Positions 47,536 to 57,514 of a stretch of 64,000 bases of DNA are shown here, in pieces; position 1 is the stretch's first letter, and each line of letters begins with the position of its first letter. The translations under genes and the position numbers were made by a program. The DNA lies in UHGV virus genome UHGV-0287696; one strand, written 5' to 3'. The DNA is from a virus. The notes beneath the pieces are model-generated. The model did no database searches and had not been told where the DNA came from. It saw nothing but the letters and a program-made list of their open reading frames with translations.

Positions 47536-50500
47536 TTAATCGCGAATGATTACCGCCTGCACTTTATTGTTGGTGTCGATAAACGACATTACGCGCTCCT
47601 TGTTAAGATAAGGAGGTATCGGTAACGCAGCGTAATCCGCCAGGTTGTTATTAAATTCAGTTGCCACTAACGCATTAAGCGTTTCGGGGTCTGAACTGAC
47701 ACCGGTCAATTCCATAACGCGCACACGATTTAATGAGGAATAGTTGCTAATATAGTCTAACAACGTACCATAGACTTTATTCGCGGTTGCGCTGTCTGCC
47801 GTAGAACGGATGTTGGCACGAACTTCATCCTCATAAAGTCCCCCTAAACCGTAGTAAATAGGGGTATACGGATCGTTAACGATAGGTGCGATATTGAACC
47901 CTGTTAGACGGTCAGTTAGAGGGATTTTCTGCGTAGCTCCCCCTGCTGCCGTGCAACTTACGTATTTATCGGTCGCAGATAAAAACACCACGATGGTATA
48001 CGTAGTGCCCGCTAAGGTCAGTGTTGCGTTAAACGTTAATGCGTTGTTTGCAGCACGGGTGTGGGTAAACGTTACGTCAGGTTGTAACGTATTCCACGGT
48101 GCAGGCGTAACACGCTTCGTTGGTGTGAAACCTAACACTACCGATTTCCCGCTACCGAAGTTCAAACCGAACCCTGCGTAACAATATTCACCGTTGCTGT
48201 CAGTTAAACGATAACCACGAGTGATAAGTAACGACAACCGCATAAACTCGCCGTCGGTGTTTTTCCAACAACCTAAAACAGTTTCTAACACCGTGCCGGT
48301 TTTTGCGTTGCTTTCTGTTTCCCAACTGACTCGCATTCCTGCGTTCTTAAAAGCTGGGAACATGTTGTGGATAAACCCGTGTAGGTTATCGCTTACCCCT
48401 TTCGCGTCAAAAATCCACTTGGATGCGAGCTGGTCGTATTTCATCCCGTCTAAAGCTTTATACTGCCCACCGGCAACATAACGCCAATCTGCTTCACCGC
48501 GTACTACTGCCTGGAGTCCAGAAGCCCAGCAAGGCGCGCCTACCGTTAAGTTAGCTAACCCAAGCGTTGCACGTGACGCGGAGCGCTGAATGTGTGCGTT
48601 GTCATCGGCTTTATGATCTTTCAGTTCACGGAAATCACCCAACCGTGTGACATTACGCATCTCCGTAACGAACACCTCAGAAATGTCGTTGACGCCGATC
48701 AAACCCACACGCGTCATGGTATCCGTTTCAGCCTGACTGTAGCTGTCGTGGACAATATACTTCGCTTTGTTGTCAACAATATCAACAAAAATCCCTGCGT
48801 AGATTTCTGTATTCAATTTCGGAAAACGTTCACTGACGTTAATCGTCATCAACGGAACGTCGTACGTTTCACCACCGATAAAATACGTTGAAGCTGGAAG
48901 CGTGACCAGAATTTTGTCTTTGACCGTAAGGTCTATTAAGTCGTTACCAGACTCACCAAAACGTATAATGTCAAGACGTGCCTCCGAGTCAACGCCGCTG
49001 ACAGCGCGCTCCAATTTTTCAATCTGGGAAGTCTGCGCCATTACCACACTCCCATCGAGTGCTAAAGTCGCATCATCCACATCCAGACCAAATTTAATCA
49101 GACCACGTTGCGCTGTGGTTGCGTTCCCAGTACCAAAAGCGGTAAACGGGTGTTGGTGAACTTTAGGCGAGTATTTATCTAACTCCGCACGTTGTGCTGT
49201 AGAAATCGGTAAATCGGCATCGGGCGTATTCGCAACGTTACCTAAACCAAAGGTAATCTTATCGATAGTAACCGAGCTGGTAAGTTGCATGTCGTTAATG
49301 TACGATTTAACTGCAACTAACTTACCGGTGAACTCCGCATCGAGTTTTTCAATCAGTGCTGGCGTTGCTGCAAGGTTTTCAGCGGTACCAAACTCATCGG
49401 TCAACTGCCAAGCTGCCAGAGCTGTTGTATCGGTCGCGGTAGGAAGAATAAAGGTCGCTACGAACGGCGAGGCTTTTATCCCGCTACCGGTGATCGTAAC
49501 CGTTGTTGTCGAGTTTGCGTAGAATAAACCTGTACCACCTGCGGTATTGCCCGGCAGATACGGGGCTACGGTGGTGGGGTCTAAGAGTTTTTTACCACGC
49601 CACAACAATCCTCGGTCATCGGGGTATAGCACAAGCTGGTTAGTACCTGCTTGGAACGTTACGGGGTTGTTACCCACGTTAACATCAGTAGAACCTTGAC
49701 CGATGAACTTAATGGATTTCGGATCAACGACAAACTGAGCGCCTAAACGTGTCTCGTCAACAACATCCGGTGCTTTCTTAATGGTAACCGTGTTACCTTT
49801 GTTTTGCGAACTAATGGTAACGGCGTCGGCAACATTATTGATCAGCGATTTAAAGTGGTGCTGATTCTCTAATGCTTCTAACGCAGCGTCCATGTTATTG
49901 AAGTTAATCCGACCGCTATACGTTTTACTGTTTACGGTAATAACGACGTCAAACACATTCCCTGTACGCTTCAGTTGAAAACGTAGCGTAAAATCCCCAT
50001 CCGGTATTGCCGGATTAGGAGCTTGCGAAATATACCGAACTGCCGGTACCGGACTCCCGTAACCGTGCAACGCCAGTTCGATAGTAAGAGTACCGGACCA
50101 GACTTCACCGCTAATCTCTACGTACTTACCGGAGTTACTACCAGGATTTTCGTAAAAACGTAAACCAACCCTACCGACCGCTTCATTACCAGACGCTGTT
50201 TTACGTCCAGTAACAATAAAGTCAATATCTTGCAGGTTGGCAGGCACCGCATTAAAGTTAGCACTGAAACCGCTTTTCGTTCCTGTGTAACGAAGCGCGC
50301 CGTGATATCTGTGACCACTACTAACATAGCTTTCGCTAAAATAAGGACTCACGTATTTCGACATCGAGACCGGATCAACTTCCGTCGTGAACGAAGTAAA
50401 ACCAGGAAGTGTGGCAATCGTGCCGTTAACGTTCTTGCTCGCCGATTCACGAAGCAGTTTTTTCTGTGCGGTTAACGTTGCTTGTGTTGGGTACTTAGCA

Positions 50501-51858
50501 TTAACGTAATCCGTTAACTGCTGTTTCGTTTTCCCGTAAGCTAACGCGGCATCCGACGCAATACCATTCAGCTCTAACGCACGGATCGGACCCCACGTAT
50601 CGGTGTGCGGGTTGTCCTTACGTGTAACGTGTTCGTGTGCAGGCGCGTTACGATACAGCTGCTCAACTAACTGATGGTATTTGACTATTAACTGGTAGAC
50701 ATCGTTATCGACGTCAGGTTCTGGTGCGCCGGGTAAAGAACGAATTTGAATATAATCGTTTTCGGCCGCATACCAGTTTAAATTAATGTTCGTTTTAAAC
50801 TTCAACCATTTAGCAACATCCGTTTTCGAATATCCTGCCGAGAACTCATCAGGCGGCGTATCGACGTTGAATGTGTAATCCATGGTCTGTTTATTTGTTT
50901 TTACTACGATGACGTAAACACCGTTTCCGGGTTGACGGGTTACACTAAAATCGATATCGTTTTTTAACTCATCGTCAGTTAAACCGTTGATTAACGTATA
51001 ATCGTAGTTTGTTGAACCGCTACCAATAGCGACCGTTAAGACCAGTGAGATTTTGCGCTGTTTTAGCTGCAACCGTAGAATACTTGCACCGCCGTTAGCA
51101 TAACAGAGCATCCAATCGATCTGTTCGTTTGGATTCAATTTCGTCATGTCTGGCAGAATAGCAGGAATTCTGTGTTTCACTGACAGGGCGTAGTCGTTAA
51201 AGGTTGCAGTTTTATAACTCAAGCTATAACGATGACGGGTAGTGTTGTAGGTGAAGCCACCTTTATTGTCGTATACGGCATACTGCTCGGAAGTGATAAC
51301 CTTGCTATTAGCACGGTATTCTAAATCCAGGGTATTGCGTGCGATGGGGTTAAGCCGACTCACGACTTCCCCTAACGAATCGCCTAATCCAGCAATAGCC
51401 TGCATTAACTCCAGTTCACCTTTCCAATTCTCCCAATCGAACTGGATATCGACCGGTGGAAAGTAAACGTCCCCGATGACGGTGTCCCACTGACACGCAG
51501 TCGGGTATTTATCTTTATTGAGTTCGCGTTCTGCGGTAATCTGTTGTTGGGTAGCCTGACCACAACCAACGGCGTGGTAATCTACCGTAAAATTCGATTT
51601 GTATTTGTCATTAACAATCCAAATCATCCCGTGAATGAGATAGGCTGTGCGCAACATACCGGTCTCGTACGGGTGTGTAATAACGTAATCGTCGCCTAAG
51701 GTCAGTGTTTTGCCGCCGCTCTTGACCACCAGGGATGTGGTGAAAAAAGGGGCGTGGGCAGGTACCAACATTCGGTATTTCGTACCAATGACGGCGACCG
51801 CTTCACCGGTTATTTTATTCCCCGGTTTTTTGAAGTGTGGGTCTAAGACGACAGCCAT
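47536..51858 (-). CDS. large tail fibre/baseplate-associated structural protein
   Basis: 1440 aa; shared N-terminal module APFFTTSLVVKSGGKTLTLGDDYVITH; KVHQHPFTAFG motif. Confidence 0.75.
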   Translation of the reverse strand: MAVVLDPHFKKPGNKITGEAVAVIGTKYRMLVPAHAPFFTTSLVVKSGGKTLTLGDDYVITHPYETGMLRTAYLIHGMIWIVNDKYKSNFTVDYHAVGCGQATQQQITAERELNKDKYPTACQWDTVIGDVYFPPVDIQFDWENWKGELELMQAIAGLGDSLGEVVSRLNPIARNTLDLEYRANSKVITSEQYAVYDNKGGFTYNTTRHRYSLSYKTATFNDYALSVKHRIPAILPDMTKLNPNEQIDWMLCYANGGASILRLQLKQRKISLVLTVAIGSGSTNYDYTLINGLTDDELKNDIDFSVTRQPGNGVYVIVVKTNKQTMDYTFNVDTPPDEFSAGYSKTDVAKWLKFKTNINLNWYAAENDYIQIRSLPGAPEPDVDNDVYQLIVKYHQLVEQLYRNAPAHEHVTRKDNPHTDTWGPIRALELNGIASDAALAYGKTKQQLTDYVNAKYPTQATLTAQKKLLRESASKNVNGTIATLPGFTSFTTEVDPVSMSKYVSPYFSESYVSSGHRYHGALRYTGTKSGFSANFNAVPANLQDIDFIVTGRKTASGNEAVGRVGLRFYENPGSNSGKYVEISGEVWSGTLTIELALHGYGSPVPAVRYISQAPNPAIPDGDFTLRFQLKRTGNVFDVVITVNSKTYSGRINFNNMDAALEALENQHHFKSLINNVADAVTISSQNKGNTVTIKKAPDVVDETRLGAQFVVDPKSIKFIGQGSTDVNVGNNPVTFQAGTNQLVLYPDDRGLLWRGKKLLDPTTVAPYLPGNTAGGTGLFYANSTTTVTITGSGIKASPFVATFILPTATDTTALAAWQLTDEFGTAENLAATPALIEKLDAEFTGKLVAVKSYINDMQLTSSVTIDKITFGLGNVANTPDADLPISTAQRAELDKYSPKVHQHPFTAFGTGNATTAQRGLIKFGLDVDDATLALDGSVVMAQTSQIEKLERAVSGVDSEARLDIIRFGESGNDLIDLTVKDKILVTLPASTYFIGGETYDVPLMTINVSERFPKLNTEIYAGIFVDIVDNKAKYIVHDSYSQAETDTMTRVGLIGVNDISEVFVTEMRNVTRLGDFRELKDHKADDNAHIQRSASRATLGLANLTVGAPCWASGLQAVVRGEADWRYVAGGQYKALDGMKYDQLASKWIFDAKGVSDNLHGFIHNMFPAFKNAGMRVSWETESNAKTGTVLETVLGCWKNTDGEFMRLSLLITRGYRLTDSNGEYCYAGFGLNFGSGKSVVLGFTPTKRVTPAPWNTLQPDVTFTHTRAANNALTFNATLTLAGTTYTIVVFLSATDKYVSCTAAGGATQKIPLTDRLTGFNIAPIVNDPYTPIYYGLGGLYEDEVRANIRSTADSATANKVYGTLLDYISNYSSLNRVRVMELTGVSSDPETLNALVATEFNNNLADYAALPIPPYLNKERVMSFIDTNNKVQAVIIRD

Positions 51859-51926
51859 TCTCTACTCCTATAGTCCGTGGGCGTCGAAGTTCATACTATG
51901 ACTTGAATCTATAGAGGAAAAGAGCT

Positions 51927-53189
51927 GTGACTACTGCTTATCAAGTGCGGCCCGACAGCGCTTTTGGCTTCTCTCGAGAGTCCCGTACCTGGGGAGCCAT
52001 CGATGTCACGCAACCCTTAAATACGTTGTGTTCAGACTACCACACCTTTGAGATCGGTTTAAGTGCACTTGGTAAAGACTATACGTTAGTCAGCCAATAC
52101 CATCTTGCCGAACTACAAAACCGAACAGACACTTTACAAGATTGGTTAAATGAAAAAGCCGGAAACGTCATCCCTACTCTAAAAGCCGGATTGCCGAAAC
52201 TCGAATTCGGTTGGGCACATTACCAATCGATTAATGCCGACGTACCCGTTGAAACATATCTGTGTCCGCCTGGGTACCACCACAGTCAAGATTTCAGCTT
52301 AGATGATGCTGATGACGTTGTCATCGTTTGTGAGGACAAGTGGAAGGACAAATACCGTAATAGCGTTCTGTACAACATTAACGGTCAATGGGTACCGCAC
52401 CAGACAGATACCGTAGGTGTCCGATTACCCGGGGCCGGTAAAATCGTACGAAGAGCCTGTACGCCAGATATCGGCTGTATGGTTTTTGGTCAGTTAGGGA
52501 ATGTTAAAACTTACCCCATTGCCAACCTTACCCTAAACAAGCTCGATACTACACGTGACTATTACTCCACGTTAATGATTTCGCTGCCCGAATCTATCAC
52601 GGGAAAAACGGTGGGTTTCGTCATCGGTGGACTGTTACGTTGGTTGCCTCCGGGGGGTTATTTCTCCGACCGCGCGATCATGATTTCTTTACCGAATTTT
52701 GATCTTGCACGGACCGTTCTGGAAACCCGTCGCTATTACGACTGGGACGCCATCGGTGTGGGTGATTTATCAACGCCTACTAATGTCCAACGTATTCGCA
52801 ACCCCGAAACATTAAAGGCACTTTTACTCCACGAGTCTTCGTTTATCTTTACGGTAGATAATCCGTATTTAGAAGAAGAGGTTGTGGGTGTATCGCATAA
52901 CGCAGTTTGGGGACGTTGTTATCTCAAGGACCCTAGCGATCCTGATTCTGAAAAACCATTAGGGTACTTAAATAATCGCTTCGGAAAGACGGTGGGCTAT
53001 TGGCCTACATGGGAGGAGGGTGAGTGGGTATTTAACACCACCGAATTCGACAGTCAAAACTACGTCTTTCGTGAAGCCCGGTGGTATAATCAGAAGAAGA
53101 TTAACGACGCGCAAGCAATCGTCGGTCCATTCGGTCCCTGGGAAAAAGTGTATTTAGAAATGCATCGCTTTAGAGCACGAAAAAAATAA
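51927..53189 (+). CDS. hypothetical protein (divergent from the fibre operon)
   Basis: 420 aa; GTG start with AGAGGAAAAGAG upstream; only 68 bp from the divergent start at 51858. Confidence 0.55.
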   Translation: MTTAYQVRPDSAFGFSRESRTWGAIDVTQPLNTLCSDYHTFEIGLSALGKDYTLVSQYHLAELQNRTDTLQDWLNEKAGNVIPTLKAGLPKLEFGWAHYQSINADVPVETYLCPPGYHHSQDFSLDDADDVVIVCEDKWKDKYRNSVLYNINGQWVPHQTDTVGVRLPGAGKIVRRACTPDIGCMVFGQLGNVKTYPIANLTLNKLDTTRDYYSTLMISLPESITGKTVGFVIGGLLRWLPPGGYFSDRAIMISLPNFDLARTVLETRRYYDWDAIGVGDLSTPTNVQRIRNPETLKALLLHESSFIFTVDNPYLEEEVVGVSHNAVWGRCYLKDPSDPDSEKPLGYLNNRFGKTVGYWPTWEEGEWVFNTTEFDSQNYVFREARWYNQKKINDAQAIVGPFGPWEKVYLEMHRFRARKK

Positions 53190-53194
53190 AGTAA

Positions 53195-53237
53195 CCTCCT
53201 ACCCTCTAAGAGGGTAGGAGTAGCACGTTTTTTTTTT
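53195..53237. terminator. bidirectional terminator between convergent genes
   Basis: A-run, hairpin cctcctaccctc-taag-agggtaggag, T-run. Confidence 0.8.
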
Positions 53238-53240
53238 CGC

Positions 53241-53450
53241 TTAGTCTTTTTTGTAGACAATTGCGTTACCGTGCAGTTTGTTGTTGCCGGAAATACCGAT
53301 AACTTTGAATGCGTCGCCGCCAATTTTTTCAGCTTCAGCAGCCAGCTTACCCGTTACATGATCAACGGTGTCGCCGAAAGCGCTAACGTTACCGATTTTC
53401 TTAAACTCTTCTGGAATATGCTCAGCAGAAGAGAACTCTTTAATAGACAT
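53241..53450 (-). CDS. small hypothetical protein
   Basis: ORF track frame 53241..53468 starts at TTG; ATG at 53450 with GGAGAG upstream gives 69 aa (MSIKEFSSAEH...); flanked by hairpins at 53195-53220 and 53515-53535. Confidence 0.55.
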   Translation of the reverse strand: MSIKEFSSAEHIPEEFKKIGNVSAFGDTVDHVTGKLAAEAEKIGGDAFKVIGISGNNKLHGNAIVYKKD

Positions 53451-53656
53451 AACAGCTCTCCATTTCAAAAGGAAGGTGGTCTAAGACCGACGTGTGTTAC
53501 AACCGAAGCATAAGATAGCTCCTCCCCGTAGGGAGGAGTAGAGTGCGCGAAAAAAGTGGCCTGCTTAACTAAACGATGGGTTTAAGAAAAGTGTTGATAA
53601 AAAGCTTTACCAACGTCAGGTCACAATATATAAACACAACGTAAGAAAAAGGGGAA

Positions 53657-54622
53657 TTATTGCGGAGGTGATGTCGGACCATGTTTACCTTGGTGAATGT
53701 GAACGCTAAAGGTAATACCGGAAATAATGGCATCTTTAACCGTAAAGACACCCACACCCTCACCCGTACCACCGTATTTGAAGTTCTTAGCGACTTCCAA
53801 ATTACCGGTGAACATCGCTTCCTTCCCTTCCTGTTTAAAGTTCGGCGTTTTGAACGTTGTCGAACTGCCCGCTTCCGTTAACCAGGTTTGTGTTTTAAAC
53901 GTAACGGAATTCGCTGCTTCCGTATTGCGGACTTCACATTTTTCATTAATCGTTTTCGTTTCCAGGTTAATAGAACGCTTTGAATAAATGAACGCATCTT
54001 CTTTGTTGATGTTCACTTTTGAAAGCATCGCATTCTCAAACCCGAGATCATCTTCAACCGAGTTAATGTAATACTTGTTTCCTTTATGGTCAACGCACTG
54101 CCACGTACCGTTTGCATTATCAAACTGAAACAACCACGCCGCTTTCTCGCCATTCACCATACTTGTTCTTAGCGTGATATGTTTGTCAATCGTCGAAACG
54201 TTCAACACATACGCATTGGACAAGTCATCCGCCATTTGGTTTTCAGGGTCAGCCGACCACGCATAAACCGCATCTTCTAATCGCTTAACGTTAGCGAAGT
54301 TCAGATCAATCCAAAAATAAATATCGGTTTTCCCCAAACGTAACAAGATAACGTAGTCTTCTCGTTTAACGTCAGGGGAATTAATTCGGTTGGAGTTAAA
54401 CTTCCACCACTTTGCTGTTATCGTGTTACCCGTCTTAATGGTTAGGTTATCTGTTGCACCAGATGTTTCATGCGTCTTTTCAGTTGCTGAAGAAACAGAT
54501 TGCACCACGGTAGGGTTAGCAAAGTTGGTTTCAATTGGTATCACTTTTACCCGATCTGTACCACGGGGTTTGTCTTCCGCGACGATACCAATTGAGAAAA
54601 AATCAACACTGGATTTCTCCAT
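53657..54622 (-). CDS. hypothetical protein, possibly structural
   Basis: 321 aa; AAGGA Shine-Dalgarno; the 11-mer plus hairpin element lies upstream. Confidence 0.55.
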   Translation of the reverse strand: MEKSSVDFFSIGIVAEDKPRGTDRVKVIPIETNFANPTVVQSVSSATEKTHETSGATDNLTIKTGNTITAKWWKFNSNRINSPDVKREDYVILLRLGKTDIYFWIDLNFANVKRLEDAVYAWSADPENQMADDLSNAYVLNVSTIDKHITLRTSMVNGEKAAWLFQFDNANGTWQCVDHKGNKYYINSVEDDLGFENAMLSKVNINKEDAFIYSKRSINLETKTINEKCEVRNTEAANSVTFKTQTWLTEAGSSTTFKTPNFKQEGKEAMFTGNLEVAKNFKYGGTGEGVGVFTVKDAIISGITFSVHIHQGKHGPTSPPQ

Positions 54623-54646
54623 CGGGACGTTCCTTAGATCGGAATT

Positions 54647-54677
54647 GATTTCAGATATATTTTACTTAAGTGAATAG
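54647..54677 (+). promoter_or_regulatory. promoter-like box GATTTCAGATATATTTTACTTAAGTGAATAG
   Basis: fourth copy of the AGATATAT box family, in a divergent intergenic region. Confidence 0.4.
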
Positions 54678-54710
54678 GGACTGAACTGGTACTTCAGTCC
54701 CTACGGACAC
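54677..54710 (-). promoter_or_regulatory. conserved 11-mer GTGTCCGTAGG (minus-strand sense) plus hairpin upstream of a minus-strand gene
   Basis: cctacggacac at 54700-54710 matches 43285-43295 exactly; hairpin gggactgaa-ctggtac-ttcagtccc. Confidence 0.45.
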
Positions 54711-54817
54711 GTTACCCTTTTAGTACCTTTCGTTAAAGGTTACTAAAAATTACATTATGTCCCTTTATTCTGCTACTCGGGATACCGGTAGGGGGTAGGG
54801 GGCATTATGTATACGGA

Positions 54818-54825
54818 TATAAATA
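54818..54825 (+). promoter_or_regulatory. TATAAATA element (T4-type late promoter consensus) in a 260-bp intergenic region
   Basis: exact TATAAATA octamer about 118 nt upstream of the ATG at 54943; flanked by two copies of gtatacgga. Confidence 0.3.
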
Positions 54826-54942
54826 GCGGAGGTATACGGAGTATACCGACATACTCTTCCCAGAGGAACGTAGTGACTTCCTTATACCTCTTTTACAATC
54901 CATAATAATAGCCTTCCCTTCATTGGGATTAGTGAGTAAATC

Positions 54943-55680
54943 ATGAGAGAATTATTAGACGATATCTTTACCAACACCAGTTTAGAACTTTCTTCTACGG
55001 TGGTTAACGAACTAATAAAACAATCGCAACCTGCTAAGTTAATCGATGCTGGAACAATTAAACCTGAAGATTATCCAGACAGTGACGTTATCGACGGTAT
55101 GATTGACGAATACGTGATAGGTAGTTACGCCAACCGCGTCTTCTTTGTTTTTAATACCGAAACCAGTGTCATGTTAATCTATAAGTTGATCAGTGACGCC
55201 GAACTTGAAGTAATGGCTGACCACATTCGTCTCCTTGCGAACACGCCTACTAGTATCGCTGATGTGCTTATTGGGAACGGTTGGCCTTTACCACCACTAT
55301 TCTCTTACTTCCCTCTGTTTAGAAATGGGATAGGGTTACTCCGAAATGCAGAAAACCTTCCCGATAACGTCGAGTTATCACTGCTTGGACCTGGCATCGA
55401 TCTTTGTCCATTAGAAGACGAGGGCACGCTATATGGTTTACGCATTTATGTTTCTGTGTTAGAGGGATACCGTATCATCGAGTTAATTGCATCAGACTTA
55501 GCAAAACAGATCCCTGATGTAGAAACGATTTCTAAAGCCACCCACCTGGTTGAGATTAACCCGGACGATCCCTTATTGAAATATCACGAGAAAATTGATC
55601 TTCGTAAAATCGCCGCGATGAGAGGGTGGGGTTGTGCTGAGATTACGAAGGACTGTCTGCTGTTAATTAAAACCGCGTAA
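54943..55680 (+). CDS. member of a tandem four-gene paralog family (C-terminal GW...QLLF motif)
   Basis: 245 aa; C-terminus IAAMRGWGCAEITKDCLLLIKTA is a divergent form of the motif seen in the next three genes. Confidence 0.55.
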   Translation: MRELLDDIFTNTSLELSSTVVNELIKQSQPAKLIDAGTIKPEDYPDSDVIDGMIDEYVIGSYANRVFFVFNTETSVMLIYKLISDAELEVMADHIRLLANTPTSIADVLIGNGWPLPPLFSYFPLFRNGIGLLRNAENLPDNVELSLLGPGIDLCPLEDEGTLYGLRIYVSVLEGYRIIELIASDLAKQIPDVETISKATHLVEINPDDPLLKYHEKIDLRKIAAMRGWGCAEITKDCLLLIKTA

Positions 55681-55710
55681 TTAAGAAAACCGAAAAAAGG
55701 AGAATATACC

Positions 55711-56265
55711 ATGTTTCAAACTGAACTGAAAAATGAAATTATCCAAACCCTTGAAAAGGGCGTAGGCGAACATTTCTTTGTCCGTCCTTATACCGTACTG
55801 ACCAATACCATTATTCAGCCAGGTGCGATGATAGTAGGGGTAAGTGTACAAGCTGTGGAGGAAACCCCACTGCGTCGCAACATCACACGTAAAACCCATA
55901 TCCCGTTTAGAACGGGTTTTACAGATTACTTTCAGAGCTTACTGAAAGATAGCGTTTGGAAAACAGGCAGCTTCTTCCACGAAGGGAAGACTTCCACGCT
56001 GGTTTATAAAGAGAACACCAAGTATCTGGTCGATTTTCTCTTAGCGCGTCAGTATACTTTCTTTCCAACCCCTACTGACTGCACCCCAGACAACCCAGGT
56101 AAGTTATTAAACCAAAGCGAAGCCGAGGCACTCTTTACAAGACTTCGGAATGAGCAGTGCGATGTTGACGACTGGGAAACATTGATCGCGGTCGCTAAAG
56201 CCCACGGTTGGTATACCGTACGTAAACTCGGTCAGCAGCTGTTGTTCTTAGCTTACCCTGCTTAA
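55711..56265 (+). CDS. member of a tandem four-gene paralog family
   Basis: 184 aa; C-terminus AKAHGWYTVRKLGQQLLFLAYPA. Confidence 0.6.
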   Translation: MFQTELKNEIIQTLEKGVGEHFFVRPYTVLTNTIIQPGAMIVGVSVQAVEETPLRRNITRKTHIPFRTGFTDYFQSLLKDSVWKTGSFFHEGKTSTLVYKENTKYLVDFLLARQYTFFPTPTDCTPDNPGKLLNQSEAEALFTRLRNEQCDVDDWETLIAVAKAHGWYTVRKLGQQLLFLAYPA

Positions 56266-56295
56266 GTAACGAAAAACCCCTAAAGGAGAGTAAAA

Positions 56296-57447
56296 ATGCG
56301 AAATATTATTTCTAAACCAGGACATGTCAAAATCCTAAAAGAACTGATGGACAGATGCTATAATCGGACTTGGTCGCTACCAAGCTTAACCATCGAGTCT
56401 TCATTACAACGTGAGTTGTTTGGTTATAACTTGGGCTGCTGTGTACTTACTGAATACAATGAGATTATCGCGCCTGTCGATGTCTGTACTTACGATGAAG
56501 AAATTGAAGGTTACAAGTTCGCGGTTTACACAAATTGTGGACTAAATTACCGTAAACTCGTTGTTAGGGAAAAGAGTAGCAGCCGGAAGATTATGTTTAA
56601 GGTCTTCCCAAGTGGTAAAGTCAGTAATTTATGTTTTCAGCTTGAGAAAGTGCCCTTTCACGGTGCGGACATTTTAACTAAACCAGAACTCGCGTTATTA
56701 AGCGGGTTAATTGGTTTTGAAGCAAAAACCATCAAAGTTGAGCAGGAACTTACACGAAACGATTTCGGCTCAACTTGGTACGAAAGTTTCTTCCGCTACG
56801 AAATGTTAAGTGATAAAGCTATCAAACTCACTTACCGTTCTACCGACGACATCGTTTACCACATTTTAATTAGCGGCGAACCCCACCAGATTATTGAAGA
56901 CGAAGGAGAAAAATCCGTGCGTACCTTAAAAGATGAATTAACTGATTTTGTTAACAAAATTGATAACGTGGGTATCAGTGAATTATTATTCCCGATTCAA
57001 CATCCAGAGTTGCTTGACGAGAAATCTGAAAACGTGGTTATGGGTGTGCATTTACTTCCTGACCATCTTGCTATCTACCGTACACTTTCTAAGAACCAAC
57101 TTAAAGTGTGGTGTCTGTTAAAAGACCTTTTAACAGAGGCGGGGTGGTCGTGTAGTGTAGATGTTAACTGTGAAGGAGTTGCGTTCTTCATCACAATAGG
57201 CAATCGTAGTTTTTCTGTCGATTTACCTACTCGCAGCTATTACGATTTCTTCCCGACCGCAGAAGGACGTACTGAAAAAGAACCCGCATTACTGCTCAGT
57301 GCTGAGGAGTCCAATGCGTTAATGGCGAAGCTAAAGGCGAAAGACGAGAAGTTGGATGCTTTACATCTACCTATAATCGGAAAAGATTACGGTTGGGCTG
57401 ACGTGCAAAAATACGGCAGTCAGCTGTTGTTTGTTGCTGACCTTTAA
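56296..57447 (+). CDS. member of a tandem four-gene paralog family
   Basis: 383 aa; C-terminus DYGWADVQKYGSQLLFVADL. Confidence 0.6.
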   Translation: MRNIISKPGHVKILKELMDRCYNRTWSLPSLTIESSLQRELFGYNLGCCVLTEYNEIIAPVDVCTYDEEIEGYKFAVYTNCGLNYRKLVVREKSSSRKIMFKVFPSGKVSNLCFQLEKVPFHGADILTKPELALLSGLIGFEAKTIKVEQELTRNDFGSTWYESFFRYEMLSDKAIKLTYRSTDDIVYHILISGEPHQIIEDEGEKSVRTLKDELTDFVNKIDNVGISELLFPIQHPELLDEKSENVVMGVHLLPDHLAIYRTLSKNQLKVWCLLKDLLTEAGWSCSVDVNCEGVAFFITIGNRSFSVDLPTRSYYDFFPTAEGRTEKEPALLLSAEESNALMAKLKAKDEKLDALHLPIIGKDYGWADVQKYGSQLLFVADL

Positions 57448-57473
57448 TAAGTGAAAATACACTTTCTCTAACT

Positions 57474-57499
57474 GCCGCGCTTTAGTCGCGGCTTTTGTT
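57474..57499 (+). terminator. rho-independent terminator
   Basis: hairpin gccgcgc-tttag-tcgcggc followed by ttttgtt. Confidence 0.6.
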
Positions 57500-57514
57500 A
57501 AGAAGGAAATAGAA

